Assembly (NCBI RefSeq): GCF_006345805.1 | Contig: NC_043009.1 | Span: 13,826,001 to 13,890,000 of the forward strand | Length of the DNA stretch: 64,000 nucleotides | From: Octopus sinensis | Taxonomy: Eukaryota | Direction: 5' to 3' | Shown here: positions 37,260-50,630 of the stretch, piece after piece | How positions within the stretch are numbered: position 1 is the first letter of the stretch | Layout of the letters: each line of letters begins with the position of its first letter | Notes under the pieces: model-generated | What the model was told of the DNA's origin: nothing | What the model saw: only the letters and a program-made list of their open reading frames with translations | Database searches by the model: none | Translations under genes and position numbers: made by a program

Positions 37260-37430
37260 ATATTTCTTCACTACCCACAAGGGGCTAAACACAGAGGGGA
37301 CAAACAAGGACAGACAAAGGGATTAAGTCGATTACATCGACCCCAGTGCGTAACTGGTACTTAATTTATCGACCCCGAAAGGATGAAAGGCAAAGTCGAC
37401 CTCGGCGGAATTTGAACTCGGAACGCAACG
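37260..37430 (-). mobile_element. SINE family B, 3' part
   Basis: atcgaccccagtgcgtaactggtacttaatttatcgaccccgaaaggatgaaaggcaaagtcgacc. Confidence 0.9.
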
Positions 37431-37689
37431 ACAGTGATAGTTTATGCTCTGACGCCATCGTCTTATTGGAGATCTCCCTCTGTTTTCAGTAATTATTTCA
37501 GTGTCACAATATTTCACCTCTTAATCCGGCTTCTATGAGAGGGACAGCGAGAACAGGTCTTATCTTCACCTAGAGAAGGTTCCATCTGCGGTGCCTTGTG
37601 AACTTAATGGCTTTGAGCTGCTTTTAGTTGCCTTGACCAGATTCTTAGTGCATTTTTTATTTGTTTTCGTGCCGAACCAATTATTATTG

Positions 37690-37992
37690 TGGAGGCGCAA
37701 TGGCCCAGTGGTTAGGGCAGCGGACTCGCGGTCGTAGGATCACGGTTTCGATTCCCATACCTGGCGTTGTGAGTGTTTATTGAGCGAAAACACCTAAAGC
37801 TCCACGAGTCTCCTTCAGGGGATGGTGGCGATCCCTGCTGTACTCTTTCGCCACAACTTTCTCACTCTTTCTTCTGTTGGCCTGCCCGCTTAGTCAGCGG
37901 GGAGTGGCGTCATTTGAAGGTTAAAACAATGCGATGCGCATTGTGACCAGCGATGTGTAGCAACATTTGATAGCCTGGTCGGTCACAGTCAC
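37690..37992 (+). mobile_element. tRNA-Arg(TCG)-like headed SINE family C
   Basis: tggcccagtggttagggcagcggactcgcggtcg..ggtttcgattccc followed by a non-tRNA body. Confidence 0.8.
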
Positions 37993-38689
37993 CAATTATT
38001 ATTATTATCATTTTATTTCTTTTTTTTTGCGAGAAACAAGGCATTGTTCATACTGGGAAACTGCAGCAGCTGTCTTCATTATTGAATGAGAATACAGGTA
38101 GTTCTTTGATAAAAGCCTCATCACTCAAGTTTTTGTATTTGGCGTCCTTCAGTTGTGGAGATGCGTGGTTTGGTGGGTAGGGTGTTGCACTCAAAAATGT
38201 AACATTGTGGTTGCGATTCCTCGAATAGGTGATGCGTTGTGTTCTCGAGCTAAACACGTCATTTCACGTTGCTCCAGTCTACTCAACTGGCACAAATGAG
38301 CAACCAAGCGACAGATCGGTGCCCCGTGCACAGAATAAAGGGAAACCAAACGCATGAGAATATGAGTCGAGAAGAAACTTTGATCTGTCACTTCAGCTTG
38401 TAATGTGTGTAGGAGTGTCTGTGTGATTGTATGTGTGTGAATCGGTGCTTTATAATAAAACTAAACTAAATATGAGAGTGTTGACTACGATTCATACAGT
38501 GTGTGTTTATGTTTTGGAATCTGAAACTACACGCTGTTGCTACTCTGACATTCTGTCTATTTACATAATGCTATAAATTTCACACTCCATTGATATGTTC
38601 ATATTACCGATGTAACCTAAGTGCCTCAGGTTCATTCTTATTTACTCTTATTATCTTAGAATTCATTGAGCTCTGCTGTTTTAATATAA

Positions 38690-38693
38690 AAAT

Positions 38694-38728
<35 letters not shown>

Positions 38729-38749
38729 TAATGATGATGATGATGATGA

Positions 38750-38784
<35 letters not shown>

Positions 38785-39000
38785 CATGATGATGATGATG
38801 ATGATAATGAGAAGGGGGAGGAGGAGGAGAAAGTGGTGGTAGGGGAGGAGGGGGAGGAGGAGGAGAAAGTGGTGGTAGGGGAGGAGGGGGAGGAGGAGGA
38901 GAAAGTGGTGGTAGAGGAGGAGGGGGAGGAGGAAAAAGAAGAGGAGGAGAAGGAGGACGACGACGACGACGATGACCATGACTACAACATCAACAACAAC
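38690..39000. repeat. Compound triplet tract including a G-rich ~36-nt unit repeated about three times (38812-38930)
   Basis: gggggaggaggaggagaaagtggtggtaggggagga repeated. Confidence 0.9.
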
Positions 39001-39014
39001 GACAGGAACCGCAA

Positions 39015-39488
39015 CATTAGGAATAATAAGGGCTTCCGATTTTAGCACAAGGCCAGAAATTTCGATTGGGAGGGTTGAGCTCTGGGGTCGATTACACCCG
39101 CCTCAGTGCTCAACTAGTACTTATTTCGTTGATCCCGAGAGGATGGAAGGCAAAATCGACCCCAGCAGCATTTGAACTCAGAATGTACAGTCAGAAGGAA
39201 AGCCGCCAAGCATTTTGTTCGCCGCAGTGATGATACTGCAACTCGCTGCTTTAACAACAACAACAATAACAGTTTCAAATTTTAGCACAAGGCCACTGAT
39301 TTCAGGAAAGGGTATGTAAACTCGATTGCATCGACCCCAGTGCTCAACTGGTATTCGTTTTATCGACACCGAAAAGATGAAAGGCAAAATCGGTTTCCTT
39401 TCCAAATTTTAACTCAAAACGTAAAGACAAACAAAATGCCGCTAAGCACATGGCCTGGGAACTAACGATTGTGCCAGCTCGCCGCCTT
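39015..39488 (-). mobile_element. Two tandem SINE family B copies
   Basis: Core and head motifs present twice. Confidence 0.8.
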
Positions 39489-40119
39489 AACAACAAGAAC
39501 GGCAATAACAATAGCAATAATAGTAATAGTAATGATGATGATGATGAATTGACAGAAGAGGGTTGTCGAGAGTACTGTTTCCAGTACTTGAATGGAACTT
39601 AATTTTAAAAATTAGGTACTTTATTTTGTAGAGAGGTTGAAAGGCATATCTAACCTCGAACTGATTTGAACTCAGAAAGCTGACAGATGAGATCGACGTT
39701 ACATGTTTCAAGGATGAATTATACAAAGCCGTTGTCCGATTAACAAGAATATTAAAAAGATGTATCACAGTAAAAAATATCATAAAATGACACAATTTGA
39801 AACATTTCAATGGAGGAACCGCGACTTTAGTCTATTTAAGGAACGCCACAGCACTGAATTAATATTGATCACAAGGACAAGTACTCCTCTTTCTCTTTCC
39901 CCCTCTCTCTCCCTCTCTCCATTGGCTTCTCTCACAGTCTCCCTCTCTCACTCATTCTCCTTCTCGGGCCTTACTCCCCGACCTCAAATCTGCTTATAGA
40001 AAATTACCCAGAAGGTAGCGCCACATTATTTACCCTCACCTTCTACTTTGAATACTGCTTAAAATTTGATGTTGTTGAAGTAGAAATTGTTTGTCTGCGA
40101 CCCTTTCTGTCTTGTCGAC

Positions 40120-40297
40120 TGCACGGTATCTTCCAGTTCAAATTCCGCCGAGGTCGACTTTGCCTTTCATCCTTTCGGGGTCGATAAATTAAGTACCAGT
40201 TAAGCACTGGGGTCGATATAATCGACTTAATACCTATGTCTGTCCATGTTTGTCCCCTCTATGTTCAGCCCCTTGTGGGTAATAAAGAAATAGGTAT
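40120..40297 (+). mobile_element. SINE family B
   Basis: Near-consensus core. Confidence 0.9.
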
Positions 40298-40620
40298 CTT
40301 CCACCAAACAAAAGAAAATTGCTTTCACAGCCCAGTCAAAGGATTACCTAAAGAATTATGTGTTTAGATGAGTTTCTTTATATTTTTTAAGGTAAAACAT
40401 ATTGTTTTAAGTATTCACCGCAATAAATGAAGGTGTTATTAAATATTTGCCCACATCTATAGATTAAGCAATGTCTTGTCTGTGAGTACGTTTTATTGCT
40501 TCTGATTTGCTAACGTTTTCTTATCGATTTATTCTCATATCTGTAAACGAAGAATATTAATTGATTTCACTAATTATTCTTATTAAATATAATTTACAAT
40601 ACTTAGCTATTACAATAGTT

Positions 40621-41040
40621 AGGCGCAGGAGGGGCTGTGTGGTAAGTAGCTTCTTTACCAACCACATTGTTCCGGGTTCAGTCCCACTGCGTGGCACCTT
40701 GGGTAAGTGTCTTCTACTATAGCTTCGGGCCGACCAAAGCCTTGTGAGTGGATTTGGTAGAAGGAAACTGAAAGAAGCCCGTCGTATATATGTATATATA
40801 TATATGTGTGTATGTGCGTGTTTGTGTGTCTGTGTTTGTCCCCCCAACATCGCTTGACAACCGATGCTGGTGTGTTTACGTCCCCGTAACTTAGCGGTTC
40901 GGCAAAAAGAGACCGATAATATAAGTACTAGGCTTACAAAGAATAAGTCCTGGGATCGATTTGATCGACTAAAGGCGGTGCTCCAGCATGGCCACAGTCA
41001 CATGACTGAAACAAGTAAAAGAGTAAAAGAGTAAAGAGTA
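40621..41040 (+). mobile_element. SINE family A, full length
   Basis: ggcgcaggag..ggttcagtccc head, internal TA/TG tract, (aaagagt)n tail. Confidence 0.9.
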
Positions 41041-41392
41041 TTAAACAAGCAATAACGTTAGTTCACATTCACAAACAGGAGGAAGCATAAATCTATGCGT
41101 GAGACGAGGTATGAGTGCGTCTGCGTGTATGTGCGCGCATGTTTGTGTGTGTGTGTTGGATTAAAGGGGATCTATTAAGGATAGAAGCATATCAAAGTGA
41201 ACACCACACAATTAATGGCTAGACAGAATTATGCAAATCATATATCTTATTAATAATTTATTGACTTTATTGAATTCGCTTCTAACCTTATGTCGTATCG
41301 TTTTAATATTTGTTTCATCCGTCCTAGTTATGGGCTTCATATTTCGTTATAATTCTTTATAATCCTATAAATTCTTTATCCTTTATTAATAA

Positions 41393-41787
41393 CTAGCAGT
41401 ATCGCCCGGCGTTGCTCGGGTTTGTAAGGGAAATAACTATATAAGCATTTTTAGAGAGTTATAGCCAAAAAATAGCTAAAATGCATTAAAAATGGAAAAA
41501 AAATTATGGCAATTTTTTTTTAAATCGTTGACTAATCGTAGACATTTTTAGAGAGTTACTTCCCTTATATAATAGGGAAAAAATTGCATTAAAATGGAAA
41601 AAAATGATGGTAATTTTTTTTTTAAATCGTAGACTCATCGTAGACGCGCGCTAATACCCAGAAGGTCTCGATATGAATCACGACTATAAGGTACCCGTTT
41701 TGGTTAAACTGCACCGCAAAATGTGGGAGTAGTTAGGAATCTAAATCGTAGGAGACAGACACACAACTTGACTTCTATATATAAAGA
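41393..41787 (-). mobile_element. Non-autonomous Helitron
   Basis: 5' TC, 3' CTAG, subterminal hairpin cccgagcaacgccggg (41405-41420), inserted between A and T, no TSD. Confidence 0.85.
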
Positions 41788-43434
41788 TTATGACCTTCAT
41801 AATTCTTATAAATTCTTTTAACATTGTCCTAATACTCTACATTATTTTACATTATTATCCTGACTTCACCGATCTACTTAGCCTATAGGATTTTAATTGA
41901 TTCGCTTTGTTCTCACTAATAATGTCACATATTGGTTAATAGAAACGTTGAGATTCTTGGGTTTTCAGGCTTTTTATTATGAATATCAGTTCTGGTTTCC
42001 CTCCTCAATTAATTCGAGCCTTTTGATTTGTAACTTCATTAAAGCCATATAGCTGATCTCTCTAAATTTCGATATTTACCTAACATCGATTTATAAATTT
42101 ATATCTTTTATGTTAACTTTGGTTATTGACTAAACTCCTTTCATTAGTTTATTATGCAAAGTTATTTGCTTGTTCCAATGCTGTCTTTCCGTAAACTATG
42201 TGTCCACTTTATTAGGTTTATCTTACACTGTTTCTATTTAAGTATTTATAGGTTATGATTGCTGGCACTGTGATTATGCTTATCTCTATGTATTAATTAT
42301 TTTCTTTTCCTTTTTCTTTCTTCTCCTTCTTTTCCCATCCCTCTCCTCCGAAATCTCGCAGAAATCTTTACTATTTTCTGCGTTTTTTCATTGATTTTTT
42401 TCCTGAAGTATTAGTTGGATCTTTAAATGCAGGTGATATATTACTAATTCTACAATAATCGGAGCATTTTTATCAAGAAGAAATAAGTAAATGAATTAGT
42501 AATGCTGGAATTTATATTTGAATATGTTCCTGTGTAAGGCCGTAAAAACACCAGCGTAAAGAGAGGACAGAAGTCGACAGTATGAAAATTGAAGATAAGA
42601 AAGTTGAAAGACATTCACAATAGTGAAAAGAGAATGTGGTAGAGAATAACATACTCTTTCGTATCTCTGGAGGGTCACAATTCTAATTATAAATACACCC
42701 ACTGGTTCTATTTTACTTCTTTATTTTTCAATTAGTTAATTGTGTTTATTGTTGGCAATAATGGCCCGGCTGAGATACAACAGTATATAAACTAATCAAT
42801 TTAGGAACCATTGCAATGCACATCTATAGGTTTTAGCAAATATATATATATATACATCTATATATATATGACAATTGTATAGGTTTCTTTTGCTCTTCCG
42901 AGAAGGTTCCCTGGATTAATGGAATAAACTGTGATACCAATAATAATGCTATTTAGGAGGATTACCCAAAGCGCTGCTTCCGACTGCTTGCCTGTATCCA
43001 AAGAAATATTTCTTTTTAAATAGTTTAAGATAAATTGAATCGTGCAATGAACATTTTCTGCAGCTTTTAATTATAATACACGAGTGGCCTTTTTAACTTG
43101 CCTATTCCAGGCACAGTTTAATGTCTGTCATTTCTCTGCCATTCATTTAAAGTGTAATTTCAATTACAAATACAGTTACTCGCAGCGCATTTTTAATTAC
43201 AGAAAATTCGTGAATAACTATGATTCTGTTTAATCGAGTTTCATCGCTTTATAAATCTTTTACATGGGAAAATGGATTGGGTTTTGTGAAAAAGAAGTTT
43301 TACGTGGTCAAACTGTTATTTGGCATTGGTTCTTACTTCATCAATAACCAGATGGAAAGTAGTCCTCAGCTGTTAATATTCGTCCGGGATTATATTAGTT
43401 CATTCCGTATTGTTTCGTTGTGATTTTCTTTTTT

Positions 43435-43824
43435 ACTCTCTTTTATTTGCTTCAGTCATTTGACTGCGGCCATGCTGGAGCACCGCCTTTAGTCGAGAAA
43501 ATCGACCCCAGAACTTATTCTTTGTAAGCCTAGTACTTATTCTGTCGATCTCTTTTGCCGAACCGCTAAGTTACGGGGACGTAAACACACCAGCATCGGT
43601 CGTCAAGTGATGCTGGGGGGGGGGCAAACACAGACACACACACATATATATATACATACATATATTCGACGGGCTTCTTTCAGTTTCCGTCTACCAAATC
43701 CACTCACAAGGCTTTGGTCGGCCCGAGGCTATAGTAGAAGACACTTGATCAAGGTGCCACGCAGTGGGACTGAACCCGGAACCATTTGGTTGGTAAGCAA
43801 TCCACTTACCACACAGCCACTCCT
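43435..43824 (-). mobile_element. SINE family A, full length
   Basis: Reverse complement of the family sequence. Confidence 0.9.
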
Positions 43825-44544
43825 GTTAAAGAACATGATATAACAGCAAGATAAATATGAATACTGAAGATGATAAAATACATGTTAATCGGCATCAAAC
43901 GTTTTGAAATAGTTTTGTCTTCTATTCCGCATTAAAACCCCGTTATGCTTCGACAATGTAAAGCTTCGAAATAATCTTATTTATTATCTACATCTCAATG
44001 TATGAAGCATAACTAAAGTTGCATCCGAGGCGTAACACAAACGCCTGAAGAACTAAGCTTTTACATACTAAAACTTTTGCCAAAAGCTTTCACCCAAGAC
44101 GCCATTTGTTTTTTTCTCTGGTGTTGATCTGCAGGTGGTGATCTATGTGTGTGTGTGTGTATGTGTATGTGTGTGTGTGTGTGTGTGTGCGTAATTGTTT
44201 TTGATTTGTAATGTCTTGTGATTTATGATTTATTTTTAATTTTTAAAAGTTTATGAAGTATTTCCTTCCGTAATTCTTAATTGTAAAATATGATTTACGA
44301 TATTTATATTACACAAGGCTTCAAGCCACATCGTATTAAAAATGCGGAATACAGTGCAAATATGTACGGATGCATCTATATATATATATATGTATGCATT
44401 CATGCATGCATGTATGTATCCATGTATGCATGCATGTATGTATGTATGGTATGTATGTATGAATGTATGTATATATATATATATATAAAGAGAGAGAGAT
44501 ATACTTAAATAGATAGACATACATACAGACAGACAGACAGACAT

Positions 44545-44625
<81 letters not shown>

Positions 44626-45104
44626 CAGATAGATAGACAGATAGATAAACAGATATCGAAAGAGAGTGAGATTGATACATAGATAAATATCCACATAGAA
44701 ACTACACCAAATTTATAATGCCACGTTTATCTGATGCTTTCACACGGAGAGTCATTCAATATCCAGTTGGTTTTATATATACGCGCGCTTGTAGTGTGTA
44801 TATGTGTGAATTAGAGTGACTGTGTGTATGCGTGTTTCATATACTACAGTATATTCTACGTACAACTTCAATGAAAGACACTGCTTTCATGAATCATTGT
44901 ACAACATGACGACTTCGATATCTAATAATATTGTTCTACCCACTGATATTGAGCAGCATCGAAAGTTCACTCTTCACTGCAAGAATTACCAGTGAATAGG
45001 TTTGCTGTTTTCCTGCCTAGTCTTGCTAGTTCGTCTAGTATGCAGTTGTAAATGTTATAATTATAAAATGACTGAACACCTGAAATATTGATGGCAATTA
45101 CAAT

Positions 45105-45167
45105 TTATTATTATCATTATTATTATTATTATCATTATCATTATTGTTATTGTTATTATTATTATCA

Positions 45168-45263
<96 letters not shown>

Positions 45264-45335
45264 TATTATTATTATATTATTATTATTATTATTATTATTA
45301 TTGTTATTATCATTATTATCATCATCAATAATATT
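45105..45335. repeat. (TTA)/(CAT) tract; similar tract at 46160-46450
   Basis: Direct. Confidence 0.95.
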
Positions 45336-46163
45336 AATGCGCTAACTTGTTTTTGTACGTACCTGTTGTGTGCGTCACTCTTCGAAGGAGTAGCAACTGA
45401 GAGAGAGGGGGACAGAGAGGAAGAAAGAGGTAGAGAGAGTGACAGAGAAATAAAAAGTGAGAGAGTGAGAAACAAAGAGAGAGAGGGAAAGAGACAGTGA
45501 GTGGTGACGGCGTTCGTTTTGTGTTTTTAAATGTTTATCACATCGCGAGAGAAGTAGATACATAGATACATATACACATAGTTAAATCAAAAGCGGGGGA
45601 GAAGAGGGACGCAAAGGAAGTGAAATAGAAGGAAAGAAAGTGAGAGAGACAGTAGATACATAAATCCAAAGAAAGGTTCATACATAAATACATACACAAA
45701 GCAAGTATTGGATGTCAATTTCACTTTTCATTACCACATGAGGATAAACTTAACTCTCAAATGGCTGAGTAATCCTCAGACATGCATAACATTAACGTAG
45801 TTCTTAGGGAGATTCAGCCTCACACAGAATATGACTAGGCTGGCTCCTTTGAATTACAGTTACAACTCAAGACATATATATTAATGTATTTGTGTGGGTA
45901 TTGTTTAGGTTATTTAAAACGTTTGCAATACTAAGAGTCACGTTGTAGAAACAAACGCAATTACCAAACTTTCATTCATAAATCCATTTATTATTTCGTG
46001 CTTTTGCATTTCAAGTTGTACATTAAGGTTCTTTGAATATGTACGATGTATTTTAAGGTTAAATAATTATTCCGTTTACGTTTGTGTAACAGATATTTTG
46101 GTTGGATTATATATTCATTGGTATCACATTACTTTCTATATTCTATAACTGTCTCAATATAAT

Positions 46164-46225
<62 letters not shown>

Positions 46226-46226
46226 C

Positions 46227-46271
<45 letters not shown>

Positions 46272-46360
46272 ATCATTATTATTATTATTAATATTATTAT
46301 TATTAGTAGTAGTATTACTATTACTATTATTATTATTATTACTATTACTATTACTACTAC

Positions 46361-46417
<57 letters not shown>

Positions 46418-47087
46418 CATCATCATCATCATCATCATCATTATTATTATTTCAGGATACTTATTTTAATTTGTTTTTCTATCACCACTATAAGTATTAC
46501 TGTTTTAGAAGTTGGAAAGTGCACTTCTCATCTACTAGGATGGACACATTACTCATGCCATCATCTGTACCTTGCCTCTGTCTCCAAACTCCACACTAAA
46601 CCTAAGCCATATGTCTGTTCTTGAACTGTTCTAACTTTCCCAATTACAAGATGGTTTGCCGATCTCACTTTACTAAGAAATGTACGAAGATCTTTACCCG
46701 TAACTTGTATATAAATATATTGAAAATACTCACAAATCTTCTGAGAAAGTTAACAACAATGATGCATTGTTTGTAACAGTTTTCAATAAAACATTTTGTG
46801 TAGAATACAAAATAATCGGTTTCTATTGCCTGTCTCTCTGGCATTCTTTTCTATGACACTAATATCAACGCACTAAAGGGTCGAACAAAACCATAAAGGC
46901 AACCAAATTTCACTCTACTGGTCTTAGAATGAAGGCAATCTGTTAAATCAATACAAAAATCCAGTACAAATCTGATGTTGCTTTTGAGGGGATCGTTTAA
47001 CGTATACAAAGTTTTGTCGTACTTCTATAAAGGTACGGTATTAAGAAAACTTAAAACATTTGCTATTTGAACTGACATTTTTCCTAG

Positions 47088-47215
47088 TTGTTTTTCAAAT
47101 ATCTTCTGTCATTGATGAATGTGTTATTTGGGAGTTTTCTTCGAACTTTTGCATGAAAGAAGACTTAAACGAAATTAAAAACGACCACCGATTGCGCAAA
47201 CTTTTCAAATTCTGA
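47088..47215 (+). CDS. Candidate terminal exon VFQISSVIDECVIWEFSSNFCMKEDLNEIKNDHRLRKLFKF*
   Basis: Branch-like ctgac plus tttttcctag|; upstream donor aag|gtacgg at 47033. Confidence 0.25.
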
Positions 47216-48203
47216 TTCAAATACATCTATAAAGTTCGATGTAATTTATTTTGATGTTCACATATCCTGTGGGTAATTGATTATTTTAATTATAAAATTC
47301 TTTACCGGTTCAATCCTTAATACTGATTTTAGTATTCTTAAATCCCAAAAGCATTAATCAGCACAATGAACAGAAAACAATTGATTTTAGGCTTTGTATA
47401 AAACGAATAATTATTTTTATAATTGACTGTTTCTTCATGAAATTGGACGATATTTTACAGAGTCTGGGAAAAGCGATATGATAAGGTACAATATTGATAA
47501 TATTAAACGTAAGATTAAAAGATAGATAGATAAAAAAATAAGCACGAGAACAGGTTTAATAAACTATTGAAGTCAACAAAGAAACAGTCTAAATAATAGA
47601 GTTTTCTCTCTTCGATGAAGAAAGAAATGCTGGAGTACAATGCAGTTATAAATAGTTATATAGAATTTGTAAACATTTTGTGTGTGAGCGAAGCATATTT
47701 ATATCTCTATAGAAGTGATAGATACTGAAGCGCTACAGATATGGCTAAGACCTCAAATAATGGAACATTTTTCTATAATATCTGTTATTCAACCAGTCTT
47801 GTCTTATTTTGCAATAACGCTGACAGCCATAATGCAGAACCTTCTTAGTAGCATTATTCTAAGCGCAACAATTTGATTTTCAGCCTTTTTATCTCTGAGT
47901 TTCTTACACACTAATCTTAGCTATTCCTGTTATGGAAAAAGTTAACTTTTTTCCAGGTTATTAATGAGTTTTATCGTAGGTCTACCAAATGTCCATATAC
48001 CCCATTTATGCCTTGAAGTTACTTTTCAGACTAGTTAACATCTTACAAACAGTAATCCTTTACTTACCTACTATACATTTTTCATCGTGTGATCCGTTTT
48101 TAATTGTATAAAATACTCTCTTCTAGGTCGATACTCGTATAAAAATTAATTCAGTTTTCTGTAACCCTTACACAGCAATCAGCTTACAAATAATGCCAAA
48201 TCC

Positions 48204-48660
48204 AGGCGCAGGAGTGGCAGTGTGCATAGTCGCAGGAGTGGCAGTGTGTATGGGCGCAGGAGTGGCTGTGTGGTAAGTAGCTTGTTTACCAATCACATGG
48301 TTCTAGGTTCAGTCCCACTGCGTAGCATCTTGGGCAACTGTCTTCTACTACAGCCTTGGGCCGACCAAAGCGTTGTGAGTGGATTTGGTAGACGGAAACT
48401 GAAAGAAGCCCGTCGTATATATATGTATAAGCATAAATATGTGTGTGTGTTTGTGTGTCTATGTTTGTCCCCCCAACATCGCTTGACAACCGATGCTGGT
48501 GTGTTTACGTCCCCGTAACTTAGCGGTTCGGCAAAAGAAACCGATAGAATAAGTACTAAGCTTACAAAGAATAAGTCCTGGGTTTGATTTGCTCGACTAA
48601 AGGTGGTGCTCCAGCATGGCCGCAGTCAAATGACTGTAACAAGTAAAAGAGTAATAGAGT
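48204..48660 (+). mobile_element. SINE family A with a triplicated 24-nt head
   Basis: Family match; 24-nt units start at 48205, 48229 and 48253. Confidence 0.9.
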
Positions 48661-48689
48661 AATCCAAAATACACAAATAACAATTAGAA

Positions 48690-50617
48690 AATGGCGGAGA
48701 ATAAAGATTAAATTACTTGATCAAGGTAGCAAGTATTGTTGTAGCAGAAAGTGTGGGTGTTGATGTCAAGAAAAAGAAACACAATGGGAGTGACAAAAGA
48801 AAAGATCAATGGTGGAAAAGAAGAATCCAGGCAGGGTTAGACATGCTCGCAAAGGAAATCTCTGTGTTAGACCGAAAAGAGAAAGGGGAGCTTAAAAGCG
48901 AACAAAAATACGGGGCACTGAAAAGGAAGAATAATATTGAAAGAAAGGGCTTGAAAGTGGTAATGGAGGAACTGAAGCAGCACTTTATTGCAAAGAAAGC
49001 AAAGATGGTAATATACGACCAAAGAATGAAGTATTACCAACAGCATAGGTTATTCAGAGTAGATCAGAAGAGATTCTATAAAGAAATAAATGGAGAGTGT
49101 ACAGATAAAAGTTGATACCAGATAACATTGAAAGTCAAAGGTTTTTGAGTAACATCTGGAGCAAAGACAAGGAGCACAAGAAAGATGCTGAATGGTTGCA
49201 AGAACTGAAACAAATAGTAGTCTCTCCAAAACGGGCAGAACTAGTCATTTCAGTTAAGGAAGTGAAGGAAATCAGCGAAAAATGAGCGACCATCTGGGAA
49301 CAGATGGAGTTCAAGGCTACGAATAGCCGCGCAACTCAGCACCTTGTTAAATGCCGACCAAGAAACACCAGAGTAGTTGACATTTGGTAGGACAGTGCTG
49401 TGCCTGAAAAACATGGAAAATGCAATACAGTAAACAATTACAGGCCGATGTACTGTTTCATACTTATGTGGAAGTTATTGACTGGAATACTCGCAGAGTC
49501 AATGTACAAACATCTGGAAAAAAATGGAATCCTGCCACATGAGCAGTAGTGTTGCAAGCGTAAGGGCAGAGGTACCAAGGATCAACTCCTGGTAGACAAA
49601 ACTGTACTTAGAGACTGCAAGAGGAGAAAACGTAACTTAGCCATGTCATAGATCGACTATCATAAAGCGTACGATATGATCCCACATTCTTAGATTATGG
49701 AGTATATGAACCTATTTGGTTTTGAATCAAATGTTGAGCACTTGCTTGAAAAAAGTATGGCGAATTGGGGAGACGGACCTGACAGCATACGGAAGAAGTT
49801 TAGGGACAGTAGAAATTAGGAGGGGCATCCTCACTGATCTTTGTACTGTGCTTGATACCACTAACACTGATTCTGAGGAAAGCAAAAGCTGGGTATGTAT
49901 TCAAAAGCCGCCAACAAAAAGTCAATCATTTGTTATTCATGGATGATCCTAAACTTTATGGTAAAGATGAATCCCAAGTCAGCTCCCTCGTTGATAGGGC
50001 GTATACTTTCAGTGCTGATATCAGAATGGAGCTCGGAGTGAGAAAGTGTGATGTGTTAGTCTTGAAAAGAGGCAAAATCAAATGTATGGACGGGCTAACG
50101 ATACGGTTGGGGGACGCTATGAAGCAGATAGAAGAGACGGGCTATAAGTACTTGGGGATATTGGAGATGAATATATTGATGGAGAAAGAAATTATAAAAA
50201 AATTTAAGATGGACAACTTGCGCAGACTGAGACTGACCCTAATTCGAAATTAAATGGACGGAATCAGATCAAAGCTAGTAACACCTGGGTGGTTTCACTT
50301 CTTAGATATGAGCAGGCTTTATCGCATGGACAGTTGACGAACTAAAGAGCTTAGACAGAAAGACAAGGAATTTGTTAACTAGATATGGGTCACTCGACCT
50401 AAAGGTGACACAGACAGACTGTATGTACCAAGAAAAGGAGTAGGAAAAGGATTTATTGAATGCGAACACAGCATTAGAGTTGAAGAAAAGAACATAGCAT
50501 GGTAAATAAAAATGCCACAGAATCGATATTATTAGCAGTAGGAAGGTTAGGCTTGTGTAGGATGAAAGATTGCAAAGATAAAGCACTATTCAAGAAATTG
50601 ATAACGAATGAAACTGA
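48690..50617 (+). mobile_element. Old degenerate R4/Dong-like LINE of a different lineage
   Basis: WWKRRI..YQQHRLFRVDQKRFYKEI; QGYQGSTP/GTKDQL-like segment; DYHKAYDMIPH; LLFMDDPKLYGK; many stops and frameshifts. Confidence 0.85.
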
Positions 50618-50630
50618 AAGGCCACTTTCC

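Noticed and set aside
37690-37765. tRNA-Arg-like sequence as a real tRNA gene
   Set aside because: It has no proper acceptor or anticodon stems and continues into a SINE body; a second copy lies at 61870-62125.
38048-38257. Minus-strand 69-aa ORF with a protein-like look
   Set aside because: Weak splice sites and no recognisable homology or partner exon.
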